Shown: positions 22,406 to 32,007, counted from the first letter of the stretch. The stretch is 64,000 bases of DNA from Acidimicrobiales bacterium (GCA_052146595.1 JBKQMT010000038.1:5893-69892); one strand, 5' to 3'. The notes: a model not told the origin generated them from the letters alone. Numbers and translations are program-made.

Positions 22406-23372
22406 GCTCGTGCGCCACCGCTTCGACGAGCCGGTCGGCCGCCTCGTCCGGGTCAGTCCGCCTGCTTCTCAGCGCCGCCAGCAGCTCGCTGTTCGCCGAG
22501 CCGGCGACGGTCGCGTCAAGAGCGGCCTCGAAACGTCCTCTCGCGATCCTCACGGCCTCCTCCCTCGCACGCTCCGCGCGCCTCGAGGTCAGCTCCCCGC
22601 CGCGCTCGAGGTGCTCGCGGTGGGAGGCGATCGCCTCCCACAGCTCGGCAATTCCCTCGCCTGTCGAAGCCACGGTCTCCACGATCGGCGGCGTCCACTC
22701 GAGGCTCCCCGAGAGCTGGAGCATGAGCCTCAGGTCGCGGGCCGTCTCCTTCACGCCGGGCCGGTCGGCCTTGTTGATGACCAGCACGTCGGCGATCTCC
22801 AGCAGCCCCGCCTTGTTCGCCTGCACAGAGTCTCCCCAGCCGGGGTTCACGACGACCACGACCGTGTCGCAGGTGGCGGCGACCTCGATCTCGACCTGGC
22901 CGACGCCCACGGTCTCGACGATCACGAGCGGCCAGCCGGTCGCGTCGAGCAGGCGTACCGCTTCGGGCACGGCGGCGGCCAGGCCACCGAGGTGGCCGCG
23001 GGTCGCCATGGAGCGGATAAAGACCTCGTCGTCGAGGGCGTGCTCCTGCATCCTCACCCTGTCCCCGAGGATCGCGCCGCCCGTCACAGGTGAGGAGGGG
23101 TCGACGGCGAGCACCGCGACCGGGATGGCGAGGCGCCCGCGGATGTCCGCCAGCACGGCGCTCGCGAGCGTGGACTTCCCAGAGCCCGGCGCCCCGGTGA
23201 AGCCCACGGCGTAGGCGCTGCCGGCTCGCCTGAAGGTCAGGGCGGACAGTTTGCGGCCTTCGGCCCCGCCCCGTTCGACGACCGAGAGCAGGCGAGCCAG
23301 GGCGCCGCGGTCACCCGAACTGGCGGCTCGGAACAGCTCTGTAGTGCTCGAGCCCCGCGCCCCGGGCCTCAC
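22374..23372 (-). CDS. meaB: MeaB/ArgK-type G3E GTPase (methylmalonyl-CoA mutase-associated chaperone family)
   Basis: P-loop GFTGAPGSGKSTL, the ETVGVGQ switch and the INKAD guanine-specificity motif. The GTG start overlaps the murA stop (GTGA). Confidence 0.8.
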   Translation of the reverse strand: MRPGARGSSTTELFRAASSGDRGALARLLSVVERGGAEGRKLSALTFRRAGSAYAVGFTGAPGSGKSTLASAVLADIRGRLAIPVAVLAVDPSSPVTGGAILGDRVRMQEHALDDEVFIRSMATRGHLGGLAAAVPEAVRLLDATGWPLVIVETVGVGQVEIEVAATCDTVVVVVNPGWGDSVQANKAGLLEIADVLVINKADRPGVKETARDLRLMLQLSGSLEWTPPIVETVASTGEGIAELWEAIASHREHLERGGELTSRRAERAREEAVRIARGRFEAALDATVAGSANSELLAALRSRRTDPDEAADRLVEAVAHELTGGAGLPAE

Positions 23373-24637
23373 GGCGACGAATCGCGCTCGATGTTCGCAC
23401 CGAGCGAGCGAAGGCGCCCGTCGAGGTCCTCGTATCCGCGGTCGATGTGCTCCGCGCCGCTCACGTCGGTGACGCCCTCGGCGGCGAGGCCGGCCAGCAC
23501 GAGCGCCGCCCCGGCGCGTATGTCCGGTGCCTGCACCCTCGCTCCCGACAGGCTGGGCACACCGCGCACGATGGCGTGATGGCCTTCGGTCTTGATCTTC
23601 GCGCCCATCCGCCTCAGCTCGTCGATGTAGCGGAAGCGACCGGCGAAGAGGTTCTCGCTCACGATCGCCACCCCGTCCGCGACCGACAGCAGCGTGACGA
23701 GCAACGGCTTGTAGTCCGTCGCCACACCAGGATAGGGAAGGGTGGCGACGTCAACCGACCTCAGACGTCCCTCGGCCGCGGCGAGGATGCCTTCGTCGGT
23801 CGGGGTGCAGGTCATGCCCATCTGGCGGAGCTTCTCGAGAAGCATGTCCATGTGCTCGGGACGCGCCCGTCTCACCAAGACTTCCCCGCCGACAAGGCCC
23901 ACGGCTGCGACGAAGGTGGCCGCCTCGACCCGGTCGGGGATCGCCCGGTGCTCCGCGGGCCGCAGATCCTCCACTCCCTCGACTTCGATGCGGGAAGTCC
24001 CGGCACCTTGTATGTGCGCCCCCATCTCGGTCAAGGTCGCGGCGAGGTCGCAGATCTCCGGCTCCCGGGCGGCGTTCTCGATCACGGTCGTGCCCTTGGC
24101 GAGCACGGCGCCCATCAAGATGTTGTCGGTCGCGGTATGGCTCGGGAATTGGAGCACGATGCGAGTGCCGACGAGGCGGTCGCAGTACCCCTCGACGTAG
24201 CCGTGCTCGGTCACAAAGGTGGCGCCCAGGTTCTCGAACGCGCTCAGGTGGAAGTCGATCGGGCGGTACCCGAAGTCGTCGCCGCCGGGCATTGACACCC
24301 TGGCGGTGCCATAACGCGCGAGCAGGGGACCGAGCACGACGATCGATGCCCGCATCTTCTCCACGAGCTCGTAAGGGGCGATGGGCGTCACGTCCTCGGG
24401 GACGGTGATCTCGAGATGCCCATCGGGGCCTCGGCCCTCATGGAGGACCTCGGCCCCCATCGCCCGGAGCACGTCCGACATGATGGCGACGTCACGGATG
24501 ACCGGGACGTTGTCGAGGCGGTGCAGGCCCGGGGCGAGAAGGCAGGCCGCCATGAGCTTCAGCACGGAGTTCTTCGCCCCGTTCACGTCGACGGTCCCCT
24601 GCAGCGGGCCGGACGGGCGCAAGACGAAGCGATCCAC
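23369..24637 (-). CDS. murA: UDP-N-acetylglucosamine 1-carboxyvinyltransferase, Asp-type active site
   Basis: GAKNSVLKLMAA and the active-site loop MPGGDDFGYRPIDFH (Asp where E. coli has Cys115). The protein is 422 aa. Confidence 0.92.
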   Translation of the reverse strand: MDRFVLRPSGPLQGTVDVNGAKNSVLKLMAACLLAPGLHRLDNVPVIRDVAIMSDVLRAMGAEVLHEGRGPDGHLEITVPEDVTPIAPYELVEKMRASIVVLGPLLARYGTARVSMPGGDDFGYRPIDFHLSAFENLGATFVTEHGYVEGYCDRLVGTRIVLQFPSHTATDNILMGAVLAKGTTVIENAAREPEICDLAATLTEMGAHIQGAGTSRIEVEGVEDLRPAEHRAIPDRVEAATFVAAVGLVGGEVLVRRARPEHMDMLLEKLRQMGMTCTPTDEGILAAAEGRLRSVDVATLPYPGVATDYKPLLVTLLSVADGVAIVSENLFAGRFRYIDELRRMGAKIKTEGHHAIVRGVPSLSGARVQAPDIRAGAALVLAGLAAEGVTDVSGAEHIDRGYEDLDGRLRSLGANIERDSSP

Positions 24638-24892
24638 GGCGAGACAGTACTGCCGGGACGGGGTCGGAGACAGCGACTCGGAGCCCGGCCGCCACTCCCT
24701 CCAGCGTGAGCGGCTGGAGCTCTCTCCCGGTCGCTCGCGCAGCAGGCGACCGCCCGCTATCGTCGGCGCCGTGAACGACCAGCGTCACCCACTCGTGCGG
24801 TCCGCGCCGGGCATGGCGGCACTCGTCGCGTCGCACCGTCAGCTCTCGGAGCTGCGCAGGTCGTCGGTTATCGAGCTCGGCTGAACCTGGCC

Positions 24893-26668
24893 GTGTCCCC
24901 CGGCTCACGTCCACTCCTGGACGATCCGCGATGGTACGAGAAGGCGGTCTTCTACGAGCTGCTCCCTCGCGGCTTTTTCGACTCCAACGCGGACGGGATC
25001 GGTGACTTGAAGGGCTTGCGGGAAAAGCTCGAGTACCTGCAGTGGCTCGGCGTCGACTGCATCTGGCTGCTGCCCTTCTACCCCTCGCCGCTGCACGACG
25101 GCGGGTACGACATCAGCGACTTCATGACCGTCGCGCCCGAGCTCGGAAACGTCGACGACCTCGCCGCAGTGGTCGAAGAGGCCCATCGCCGGGGGATCCG
25201 GATCATCTCCGACCTGGTGATGAACCACACGAGCGACGAGCATCCCTGGTTCGTCGAGTCCCGGTCGTCGCGCGACAACGAAAAGGCCGACTGGTACGTG
25301 TGGGCCGACGACAACCACCGCTTTGCCAACGTCCGGGTGATCTTCTGCGACGTCGAGCAGTCCAACTGGACCTTTGACCCACGGCGCCAGCAGTACTACT
25401 GGCATCGTTTCTACCATCATCAGCCGGACCTGAACTACGAGAACCCAGATGTCGCGGACGCGATGCTAGGAGTCGTCCGGTTCTGGCTCGATCTCGGCCT
25501 CGACGGCTTCCGGCTCGACGCCGTGCCCTATCTCTACAAGGCAGAGGGGACGACCTGCGAGAACCTGCCCGCTACCCACAAGCTGCTACGCCGCATTCGC
25601 TCCGAGATCGACAGCTCCTACCCCAACCGTGTCCTGCTGGCGGAGGTCAACCAGTGGCCGGACGTCGTCACTGAGTACTTCGGCGACGGGGACGAGTGCC
25701 ACATGTGCTTCAACTTCCCGCTCATGCCGCGCATGTTCATGGCGGTCCGCCGGGAGCAGCGCTTCCCGATCACTGAGATCCTCGCTCAGACGCCCCCGAT
25801 CCCGGACGGCTGCCAGTGGGGGATCTTCCTGCGCAATCACGATGAGCTCACCCTCGAGATGGTGACCGACGAGGAGCGCGACTACATGTACGCCGAGTAC
25901 GCTCGCGACCCCAGGATGCGCAAGAACCTCGGGATCCGGCGCCGCCTTGCTCCCCTTGTCGACAACGACCGCCGCGTCGCCGAGCTGCTCCACGGCTTGC
26001 TGCTGTCCTTGCCGGGCAGCCCGGTGCTCTACTACGGCGACGAGCTTCTCATGGGCGACAACATCTACCTCGGGGACCGGGACGGGGTCCGAACGCCGAT
26101 GCAGTGGTCGCCGGACCGCAACGCCGGTTTCTCCAGGGCCGACTTCGCACAGCTCTACCTGCCCCCGCTCATGGACCCGGTGCACGGCTACCAAGCCGTC
26201 AACGTCGAAGCGGAGCAGCGCGACCCCTCCTCGTTCCTCCACTGGCTGCGGCACATGCTGGCGGTGCGGCACCAGTACCCTCAGTTCGCCAAGGGTTCGT
26301 TCGAGGTCCTTCCCGCTGACAATCCCTCCGTGCTCGCCTATGTGCGGCGGCCCCGTGCCGGCGCGGCCCAGCCCGGCGAGGCCTCCGTGGCCGGAGGCAC
26401 TCAGCCCTCGATCGAGCCAACCGAGGCGGACGACCTGACGAGGTCGTCCGACCCGATTCATCCGGACTGGCCGACCGTCTCTGTGCTCTGCGTGTCGAAC
26501 CTGAGCCGTTTCGCCCAGCCGGCCGAGCTCAGCCTCGGTCGCTGGGAAGGCTGCACGCCGATCGAGCTCTTGGGACGGGTGCCCTTCCCGAAGATCACGT
26601 CCAAGCCCTACTCGGTCACCCTGGCGCCCTACGGCATCTACTTGTTCGAGCTCGTGGAGCGCTGTTGA
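24893..26668 (+). CDS. treS: Trehalose synthase / maltose alpha-D-glucosyltransferase (GH13)
   Basis: WYEKAVFYELLPRGFFDSNADGIGDLKGL...GVDCIWLLPFYPSPLHDGGYDISDF, GFRLDAVPYL, and FLRNHDELTLE. Confidence 0.9.
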   Translation: MSPGSRPLLDDPRWYEKAVFYELLPRGFFDSNADGIGDLKGLREKLEYLQWLGVDCIWLLPFYPSPLHDGGYDISDFMTVAPELGNVDDLAAVVEEAHRRGIRIISDLVMNHTSDEHPWFVESRSSRDNEKADWYVWADDNHRFANVRVIFCDVEQSNWTFDPRRQQYYWHRFYHHQPDLNYENPDVADAMLGVVRFWLDLGLDGFRLDAVPYLYKAEGTTCENLPATHKLLRRIRSEIDSSYPNRVLLAEVNQWPDVVTEYFGDGDECHMCFNFPLMPRMFMAVRREQRFPITEILAQTPPIPDGCQWGIFLRNHDELTLEMVTDEERDYMYAEYARDPRMRKNLGIRRRLAPLVDNDRRVAELLHGLLLSLPGSPVLYYGDELLMGDNIYLGDRDGVRTPMQWSPDRNAGFSRADFAQLYLPPLMDPVHGYQAVNVEAEQRDPSSFLHWLRHMLAVRHQYPQFAKGSFEVLPADNPSVLAYVRRPRAGAAQPGEASVAGGTQPSIEPTEADDLTRSSDPIHPDWPTVSVLCVSNLSRFAQPAELSLGRWEGCTPIELLGRVPFPKITSKPYSVTLAPYGIYLFELVERC

Positions 26669-27873
26669 TGCCGCCCGCTCCGTCTGCACTCGAAGGGCTC
26701 GTCGTCCCCTATCTCCAGCGCCAGCCCTGGTTCCTCGTGTACATGGCTCGCTACGACAGCGGCCTACGGCCCGCCTTTCGGCTGGCTGACCTCGAGATCG
26801 TGCTCGACGGCCGCCCGGGGCTGGCAAGTGTGGTCGTCACCGCCGGAGACCGCCCCTTCCATGTCCTTGTCGGGTGGCGCGACGCGGCGCAGGCACCGGC
26901 GGCCCTGGGAGAACACCAGGGCGCGGTGCTCGGAATGTGCGACGACGGCTCGGGAGAGGTGCTGTGCTACGACGCCCTTGCCGACGAGGAGCTCGCCACC
27001 GCACTGCTCTCCGTCGCCAGTGCCGGGTCCCAGAGGGCGACCCGGGCGCGCGTCGTGCAGTCGCTCGTGAGCCACGCCTCGCTCGTGTACGACGAGCGCC
27101 TGTTCATGAAGTCGTACCGGGTGCTCGAACAAGCACCCCGGCCCGAGATAGAGCTCCTGGGCAGGCTGGACGAGGTCGGTTTCGAGCAGATACTGAGGCC
27201 GGTCGCGAACTGGAAGCGGAACGGGTGGGACCTGGCACTTGTCCGCGAGTACATCCCGGGCGCCGTCGAGGGCCGCTGGCTGGCGCTGACCTCCCTGCGC
27301 GACCTGTTCGGCCGCAACACCGACGAGGAGAGGCTGGGACGTGACGAGGCTGGCGGGGCCGGCGGCGACCTCTCCTCGGAGATGCGCCGCCTCGGAGAGA
27401 TCACGGGCGGCCTCCATCTGGCCCTCGCCGAGGCCTTCGGTGTTCGCCCACTGGCTGCCGGCGAGGCCTCGCCCGGCGTCGGCATCAGGGTTCACGGGGA
27501 TTACCATCTCCGCCGGGTCTTCCGGACCGACGCCGGCTGGATCGTCGGCGGTTTCGGCGACGACCCGCTGATCGGCAGGTCCGACGACAACCTGGCGCGG
27601 CGTGAGCCGCGTTTTGCCTCGCCGCTCGAGGACCTGGCGGATCTTTCCTACTCGCTCGGCCAGGTGGCGACCGAAGCCGTGGCGGAGCAGCCGCCCGTTA
27701 CCTGGGCTCAGGCCGAGCGGCTCGCCAAGGCCTGGGAACGTCGCAACCGGGGCTCCTTGTTGAGCGGCTACCTCGGCATCGACGGGATCTCGAGGCTCGT
27801 GACCCTGGAGCGCTCGGAGGTGGCAGAGGAGCTCAAGTCCCTCGTCGCCGCGCGCATCGCCGCGGCCTGCTAG
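26665..27873 (+). CDS. Maltokinase (Pep2/Mak)-like protein with degenerate catalytic motifs, possibly a pseudokinase
   Basis: It aligns by eye to mycobacterial Mak (LQRQPWF, HVLVGW, LFMKSYRV, EYIPGAVEG, VHGDYHL). However, HGDLHLGQ reads HGDYHLRR and IDFEGEP reads GGFGDDP. The start overlaps the treS stop. Confidence 0.65.
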   Translation: MMPPAPSALEGLVVPYLQRQPWFLVYMARYDSGLRPAFRLADLEIVLDGRPGLASVVVTAGDRPFHVLVGWRDAAQAPAALGEHQGAVLGMCDDGSGEVLCYDALADEELATALLSVASAGSQRATRARVVQSLVSHASLVYDERLFMKSYRVLEQAPRPEIELLGRLDEVGFEQILRPVANWKRNGWDLALVREYIPGAVEGRWLALTSLRDLFGRNTDEERLGRDEAGGAGGDLSSEMRRLGEITGGLHLALAEAFGVRPLAAGEASPGVGIRVHGDYHLRRVFRTDAGWIVGGFGDDPLIGRSDDNLARREPRFASPLEDLADLSYSLGQVATEAVAEQPPVTWAQAERLAKAWERRNRGSLLSGYLGIDGISRLVTLERSEVAEELKSLVAARIAAAC

Positions 27874-27909
27874 CAACCGGGTTGCCCGAGGTGGCCTGCC
27901 TCGCCAGCG

Positions 27910-28986
27910 TCAGGAGGCGGCGGTCACACGCCCGTCTGCGGGGTCGGGCTCGACGCGACCAAGGGCCTCGCGCAGGTCTTCGGCGGCCTTCTCGGGCCCG
28001 ACGACGTTGATCATGACCCCGGTGCCGAGCTCAAAACCTGCACGGGTGGTCAAGCAGGGCAGGATGTGGACGTGCCAGTGGTACGCACTGGTAGCACGGT
28101 AGGGAGCTGAGTGGAACACGACGTTGTAGGCCACGTCTCCGAGGCTCTCGTTGATCGCCCGGAGAGCGCTGCGTACGGCGCGCCCGACGCCCACGATGCT
28201 TTCGGTGGACGCCCGGTGGAGATGAGCGCCGTGGTCGCGGGGGACGATGAGAACCTCGTAGGGCGTCCCGCTCCAGTAAGGGCAGAACGTCACAGCGTGA
28301 TCGGTCGCCCGGATTATCCGGTAGTCGACCCTCTCCTCGGAGGCGGCAGCCGCACAGACGAGGCAGCCGCCTGCGAAACGGTCGAAACCGGCCAGCTCCT
28401 CCGCAAGCTCCCTCGGCACGAACGGGATCCCGAGCAGCTGGCCGTGCGGGTGCGCTATGGAGGCACCCGCCTGGCGTCCGTGGTTGATGATCACCTGGCT
28501 GTAGCGCAGGCCGGGCGTGGTCTCGTGCTCGCGCACGCGGTCGCGAATGGCGAGCATGACGAGCTCCAGCTGCTCGTCCGCGAGAGAGGCCAGGGTCTTG
28601 TCGTGGTCAGGGGAGAGGACGAGCACTTCGTGGATCCCGCTCGCCGGGGCCTCTGTGAACACCGGCCCACGGTTCTCGACGACGAATGGCCTGTCACCCT
28701 CGAAGGCCGGGTAGCGGTTCGGGAGCACGCGAACGAGCCAGTCTCCGGAGCTTCCATAGACCTCGAGCGCGGGCGGGGCGAAAGCCTCCATTTCCGGGCA
28801 GAACGGACACGGAATGCCCTCGAGCGAGTCGAGCGTGAGCTGGCGCGGGACGAAGAGCGACTGTCGCTGAGCGCGATCGGTGGCCACCGTCACCCACCGG
28901 CCCGAAAGCGGGTCGAGGCGAAGCTGGTTCACGCTCGGGCGCGAACCTTCGACGGGCGCAGACGGGGCCTTGTCATTTGTCTTCAC
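27910..28986 (-). CDS. galT: Galactose-1-phosphate uridylyltransferase-family (GalT/HIT) nucleotidyltransferase
   Basis: RLDPLSGRWVTVATDR, the Zn-site CPFCPE, the active site HPHGQL, and a second half-domain with HWHVHILP. Confidence 0.8.
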   Translation of the reverse strand: MKTNDKAPSAPVEGSRPSVNQLRLDPLSGRWVTVATDRAQRQSLFVPRQLTLDSLEGIPCPFCPEMEAFAPPALEVYGSSGDWLVRVLPNRYPAFEGDRPFVVENRGPVFTEAPASGIHEVLVLSPDHDKTLASLADEQLELVMLAIRDRVREHETTPGLRYSQVIINHGRQAGASIAHPHGQLLGIPFVPRELAEELAGFDRFAGGCLVCAAAASEERVDYRIIRATDHAVTFCPYWSGTPYEVLIVPRDHGAHLHRASTESIVGVGRAVRSALRAINESLGDVAYNVVFHSAPYRATSAYHWHVHILPCLTTRAGFELGTGVMINVVGPEKAAEDLREALGRVEPDPADGRVTAAS

Positions 28987-29024
28987 AATATCGCCATAAA
29001 CGCCCGGGCGAGCGGACGGCCGAG

Positions 29025-29510
29025 ATGACTGGCCCAGGTTACGACCTGCTGGTGGTGCTGCACGCGCTGAGCGCGGTGCTCGGCTTCGGCGCGGTGGGCG
29101 TCACGGGTACCTATGCCGCTCGTGCCAGGTCGGTTCGGGAGCCACGCAAAGAGCCTCTCCTTTCGCGATATTTCCACCCGAGCACGAACTGGGCCGAGCG
29201 ATCCTTGCTCTTGACCCCTGTCCTTGGTGCGATCGCGTTGTGGACTGGGGACCGTTCTGCCGTATCGCAGGCCTGGCCATGGATCGGCCTGGGCTGTTGG
29301 GTCCTCGCCGCCGCAATCGCGACCGCCTTCTGCTGGCCCGCCGAGCGGAGGATCCAGACCTGGCTCGCCGACGGCGGCGACCCCGGTGAGAGCGCGTCGG
29401 GCCAGCTTGCCGAGTTCCGCGACGCGTGCCGGGCACTGCAGTGGGGTGCCTCGGCGATAACCGTGTGCTTCTTGGCCGCCGTCGTGGTCATGATCGGCCA
29501 GCCGCGATGA
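29025..29510 (+). CDS. Hypothetical integral membrane protein (about 4 TM)
   Basis: MTGPGYDLLVVLHALSAVLGFGAVGV... with hydrophobic segments throughout. ATG 29025 was chosen so the gene does not overlap the galT start. No family was recognised. Confidence 0.5.
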   Translation: MTGPGYDLLVVLHALSAVLGFGAVGVTGTYAARARSVREPRKEPLLSRYFHPSTNWAERSLLLTPVLGAIALWTGDRSAVSQAWPWIGLGCWVLAAAIATAFCWPAERRIQTWLADGGDPGESASGQLAEFRDACRALQWGASAITVCFLAAVVVMIGQPR

Positions 29511-29564
29511 TCTCCCGCGGGCGCTGATCTCAGGGAAAGCTCTGTCTCCTCCGGGTGGCTTTCG

Positions 29565-30821
29565 TTGGTTTGCGGGAGCGCCGGTAGATTGGCCCTCGTG
29601 GAGCTCGAGGCAATCCGGCGCGCTCGCGAGCTCGCGCCCGGCAAGCGCGCGGCGCGCCTGCGGGTCGTCCTGGTGGTCGTGGCCGGCTCGCTGGCGGCCT
29701 GTTCCGTGGCCGCCGGAGGGACTCGCACCGGGTCGGCGGGGCGACGCGCGGCCGCCGCCCACGCCGGCCAGCTTGGGCACAGCATCGCGTCGAGCGGAGC
29801 ACTCGGGAGAAGCCCGGACCCGGTGAGGTCGCCCACGTCTTTCGGCGTCGGCTTGGGCATCGTGACATGGGACGAGACGCAGGGCTACACGGAGAACTTC
29901 TACGAAGGCACGACGCAGCGGGGACGGGCCATGCAAGTCGAGATCCTTTACCCGACGCTCGTGGTGAAGCCGCCGGCCGTCGTTCCCCTGGCGCAGCCCG
30001 CCTATCGTTTCGGCCCTTACCCGGTGATCGTGTTCGCGCACGGATTCGACGTCGACCCCAATACCTACCGCGCGCTGCTCGCCTCCTGGGCCGAGGCAGG
30101 TTACGTGGTCGTCGCCCCCTTTTTTCCCGATACCAGCCTGCCTGCGATCGAGGCCCAGCACGGAGTCGACACCGAGTCGGACATGTTCAACCAGCCGGCT
30201 GACGTCGCTTTCGTCGTGTCGCAGGTGGACAAGGCCGCGAAAGGCTCACCGCTGACCCGCGTCCGCTATCTGGCTGGAATGATGAATCCGGCCCGGCTCA
30301 TCCTCGCCGGCCAGTCCGATGGCGGCGACACGATCGCTGCGCTCATGTACGACCACGCCTACGCCCCAACGCGCGCCTCCATGCCTGCCCAGCCGGCCGC
30401 CGTGGCGCTTCTCTCGGGAGCAGAGTGGACCCGTGCGCAAGACGTCTACTCGGCTCCGAGCGGGGGTGGCCCACCCGTGCTCGTCGTGCAGAGCTTGACG
30501 GACTCGTGCAACTACCCTGCCGGCAGCTCCCAGCTCTACAACCTGCTCACAGGATCCAAGTGGTTCCTCGCTCTCGAGGATGCGACGCATCTCGGTCCCT
30601 ACGTAGGAGTGAGCCCAGCTGCCCCCGTCGTCGAGAAGGTGACGGTCGGTTTCTTCGATCTCGCAACCGGACGGCGGAACGTGACGCCTCAGATTCTCGA
30701 GCAGGAAGGCAACCAGCCCGGGATCAGCACCATCACGAGAGCGGCGAGCGTGCCGCTCTACCCTGCGCCGACGCCGGTGGCGGACGCCTGCTTGCCGCCA
30801 CCGGGGACCCCGACGGATTGA
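29565..30821 (+). CDS. Secreted/lipoprotein alpha/beta hydrolase (lipase / dienelactone-hydrolase-like)
   Basis: A signal peptide with lipobox-like LAACS, YPVIVFAHGFDVDPNTYRALLASWAEAGYVVVAPFFPD, and the nucleophile elbow GQSDG. The start is uncertain (GTG 29598 is possible). Confidence 0.6.
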   Translation: MVCGSAGRLALVELEAIRRARELAPGKRAARLRVVLVVVAGSLAACSVAAGGTRTGSAGRRAAAAHAGQLGHSIASSGALGRSPDPVRSPTSFGVGLGIVTWDETQGYTENFYEGTTQRGRAMQVEILYPTLVVKPPAVVPLAQPAYRFGPYPVIVFAHGFDVDPNTYRALLASWAEAGYVVVAPFFPDTSLPAIEAQHGVDTESDMFNQPADVAFVVSQVDKAAKGSPLTRVRYLAGMMNPARLILAGQSDGGDTIAALMYDHAYAPTRASMPAQPAAVALLSGAEWTRAQDVYSAPSGGGPPVLVVQSLTDSCNYPAGSSQLYNLLTGSKWFLALEDATHLGPYVGVSPAAPVVEKVTVGFFDLATGRRNVTPQILEQEGNQPGISTITRAASVPLYPAPTPVADACLPPPGTPTD

Positions 30822-31957
30822 CCGGCACCAGGGGCGAGCGGATCGCCTATCTCGACAACGCCGCAACAACGCCCATGTGCACGGAGGCCGTTGCCGCCAT
30901 GCTCCCGTTTCTCGCCGACCACTACGGCAACCCTTCCGGTGGCCACTGCGTCGCGCGCTTTGCCCAGCGGGCTCTCGACGACGCCCGCGAGGAGCTGGCG
31001 CGTCTGCTCGGTGCGAGTCCCGGCGAGATCGTGTTCACGAGCGGCGGCACCGAGGCGGACAACCTCGCCGTTGCCGGCCTCGCAACAGGGGCTGGGACCG
31101 TTGTCTGCAGCGCCGTCGAGCATCCTGCCGTGTTGGAGACCTGTCGGGCAGTCGGGGGCCGAACGGTCGGTGTCGACCGTCGGGGTGTGATCGACCTCGA
31201 CGCCCTCTCCGGCGCACTGGACGATAAGGTGCGCCTGGTCTCGGTGATGCTCGTCAACAACGAGACCGGGGTGCGCCAACCGCTCGGGGCCGTCGCCGCT
31301 CTCGTGCGCGAGCGCGCCCCACGGGCCCTCCTCCACAGCGACGCCGTGCAGGCCTTCGCCTGGCTCGATGTCGCCGAGCTGTCGGCCGGGGTGGACCTGT
31401 TGAGCGTGAGCGCGCACAAGTTCGGGGGCCCGAAAGGCGTGGGCGCTCTCGTCGTAGGCGGCAGGGCTTCCTCGCTCAGGCCGATCCTGCACGGCGGGCC
31501 CCAGGAGCGCGAACGGCGTGCGGGAACGCAGAACGTGGCCGGCATAGTCGCCGCCGTCGCGGCGGCGCGGGCCACCGCCCGCGACCGCGAGACAGCTCGC
31601 AGGCGAGTCCGAGACCTGGCGACGCGCCTCGTCGGAGGGATCCTGGGGTCGGTTTCGGGCGTTCACGAGGCCGTGCCCCGAGACGACCGCATCGACGCCA
31701 TCTGCAACCTGGGGATCGAAGGTGTCGAGTCGGAGGAGCTGCTCGTTGTCCTTGACGAGCTCGGGGTCTGCGCGTCGGCAGGATCGGCATGTGCGAGCGG
31801 AGCCATCGAGCCGAGCCACGTGCTGCTGGCGATGGGCCGGAGCCGCGAGGAGGCGAAGCGCCATGTGCGGCTCTCCCTCGGTCACGCGACAACGGCCGAG
31901 GAGATAGACGCGGTCCTTGCCGCCTTCCCGAAGGCTGTCGAGCGGCTGCGCGCCTGA
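30818..31957 (+). CDS. iscS: Cysteine desulfurase (NifS/IscS class V aminotransferase)
   Basis: YLDNAATTP, the PLP-lysine SVSAHKFGGPKG and the catalytic-Cys loop SAGSACAS. TTG 30818 overlaps the upstream stop (TTGA). The track ORF begins further upstream. Confidence 0.85.
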   Translation: MTGTRGERIAYLDNAATTPMCTEAVAAMLPFLADHYGNPSGGHCVARFAQRALDDAREELARLLGASPGEIVFTSGGTEADNLAVAGLATGAGTVVCSAVEHPAVLETCRAVGGRTVGVDRRGVIDLDALSGALDDKVRLVSVMLVNNETGVRQPLGAVAALVRERAPRALLHSDAVQAFAWLDVAELSAGVDLLSVSAHKFGGPKGVGALVVGGRASSLRPILHGGPQERERRAGTQNVAGIVAAVAAARATARDRETARRRVRDLATRLVGGILGSVSGVHEAVPRDDRIDAICNLGIEGVESEELLVVLDELGVCASAGSACASGAIEPSHVLLAMGRSREEAKRHVRLSLGHATTAEEIDAVLAAFPKAVERLRA

Positions 31958-32007
31958 GCCTGCGCCGCGCCGGATCGCGATCCTCGCCGCTCTGCGAGAA
32001 TCGGTCC

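Noticed and set aside
24638-24892. 255-bp divergent region between murA and treS, examined for riboswitch, small-ORF or repeat content.
   Set aside because: I found no recognisable motif, repeat or terminator. The only ORF fragment (the end of 24381-24884) has no start context or motif. It is most simply a pair of divergent promoters.
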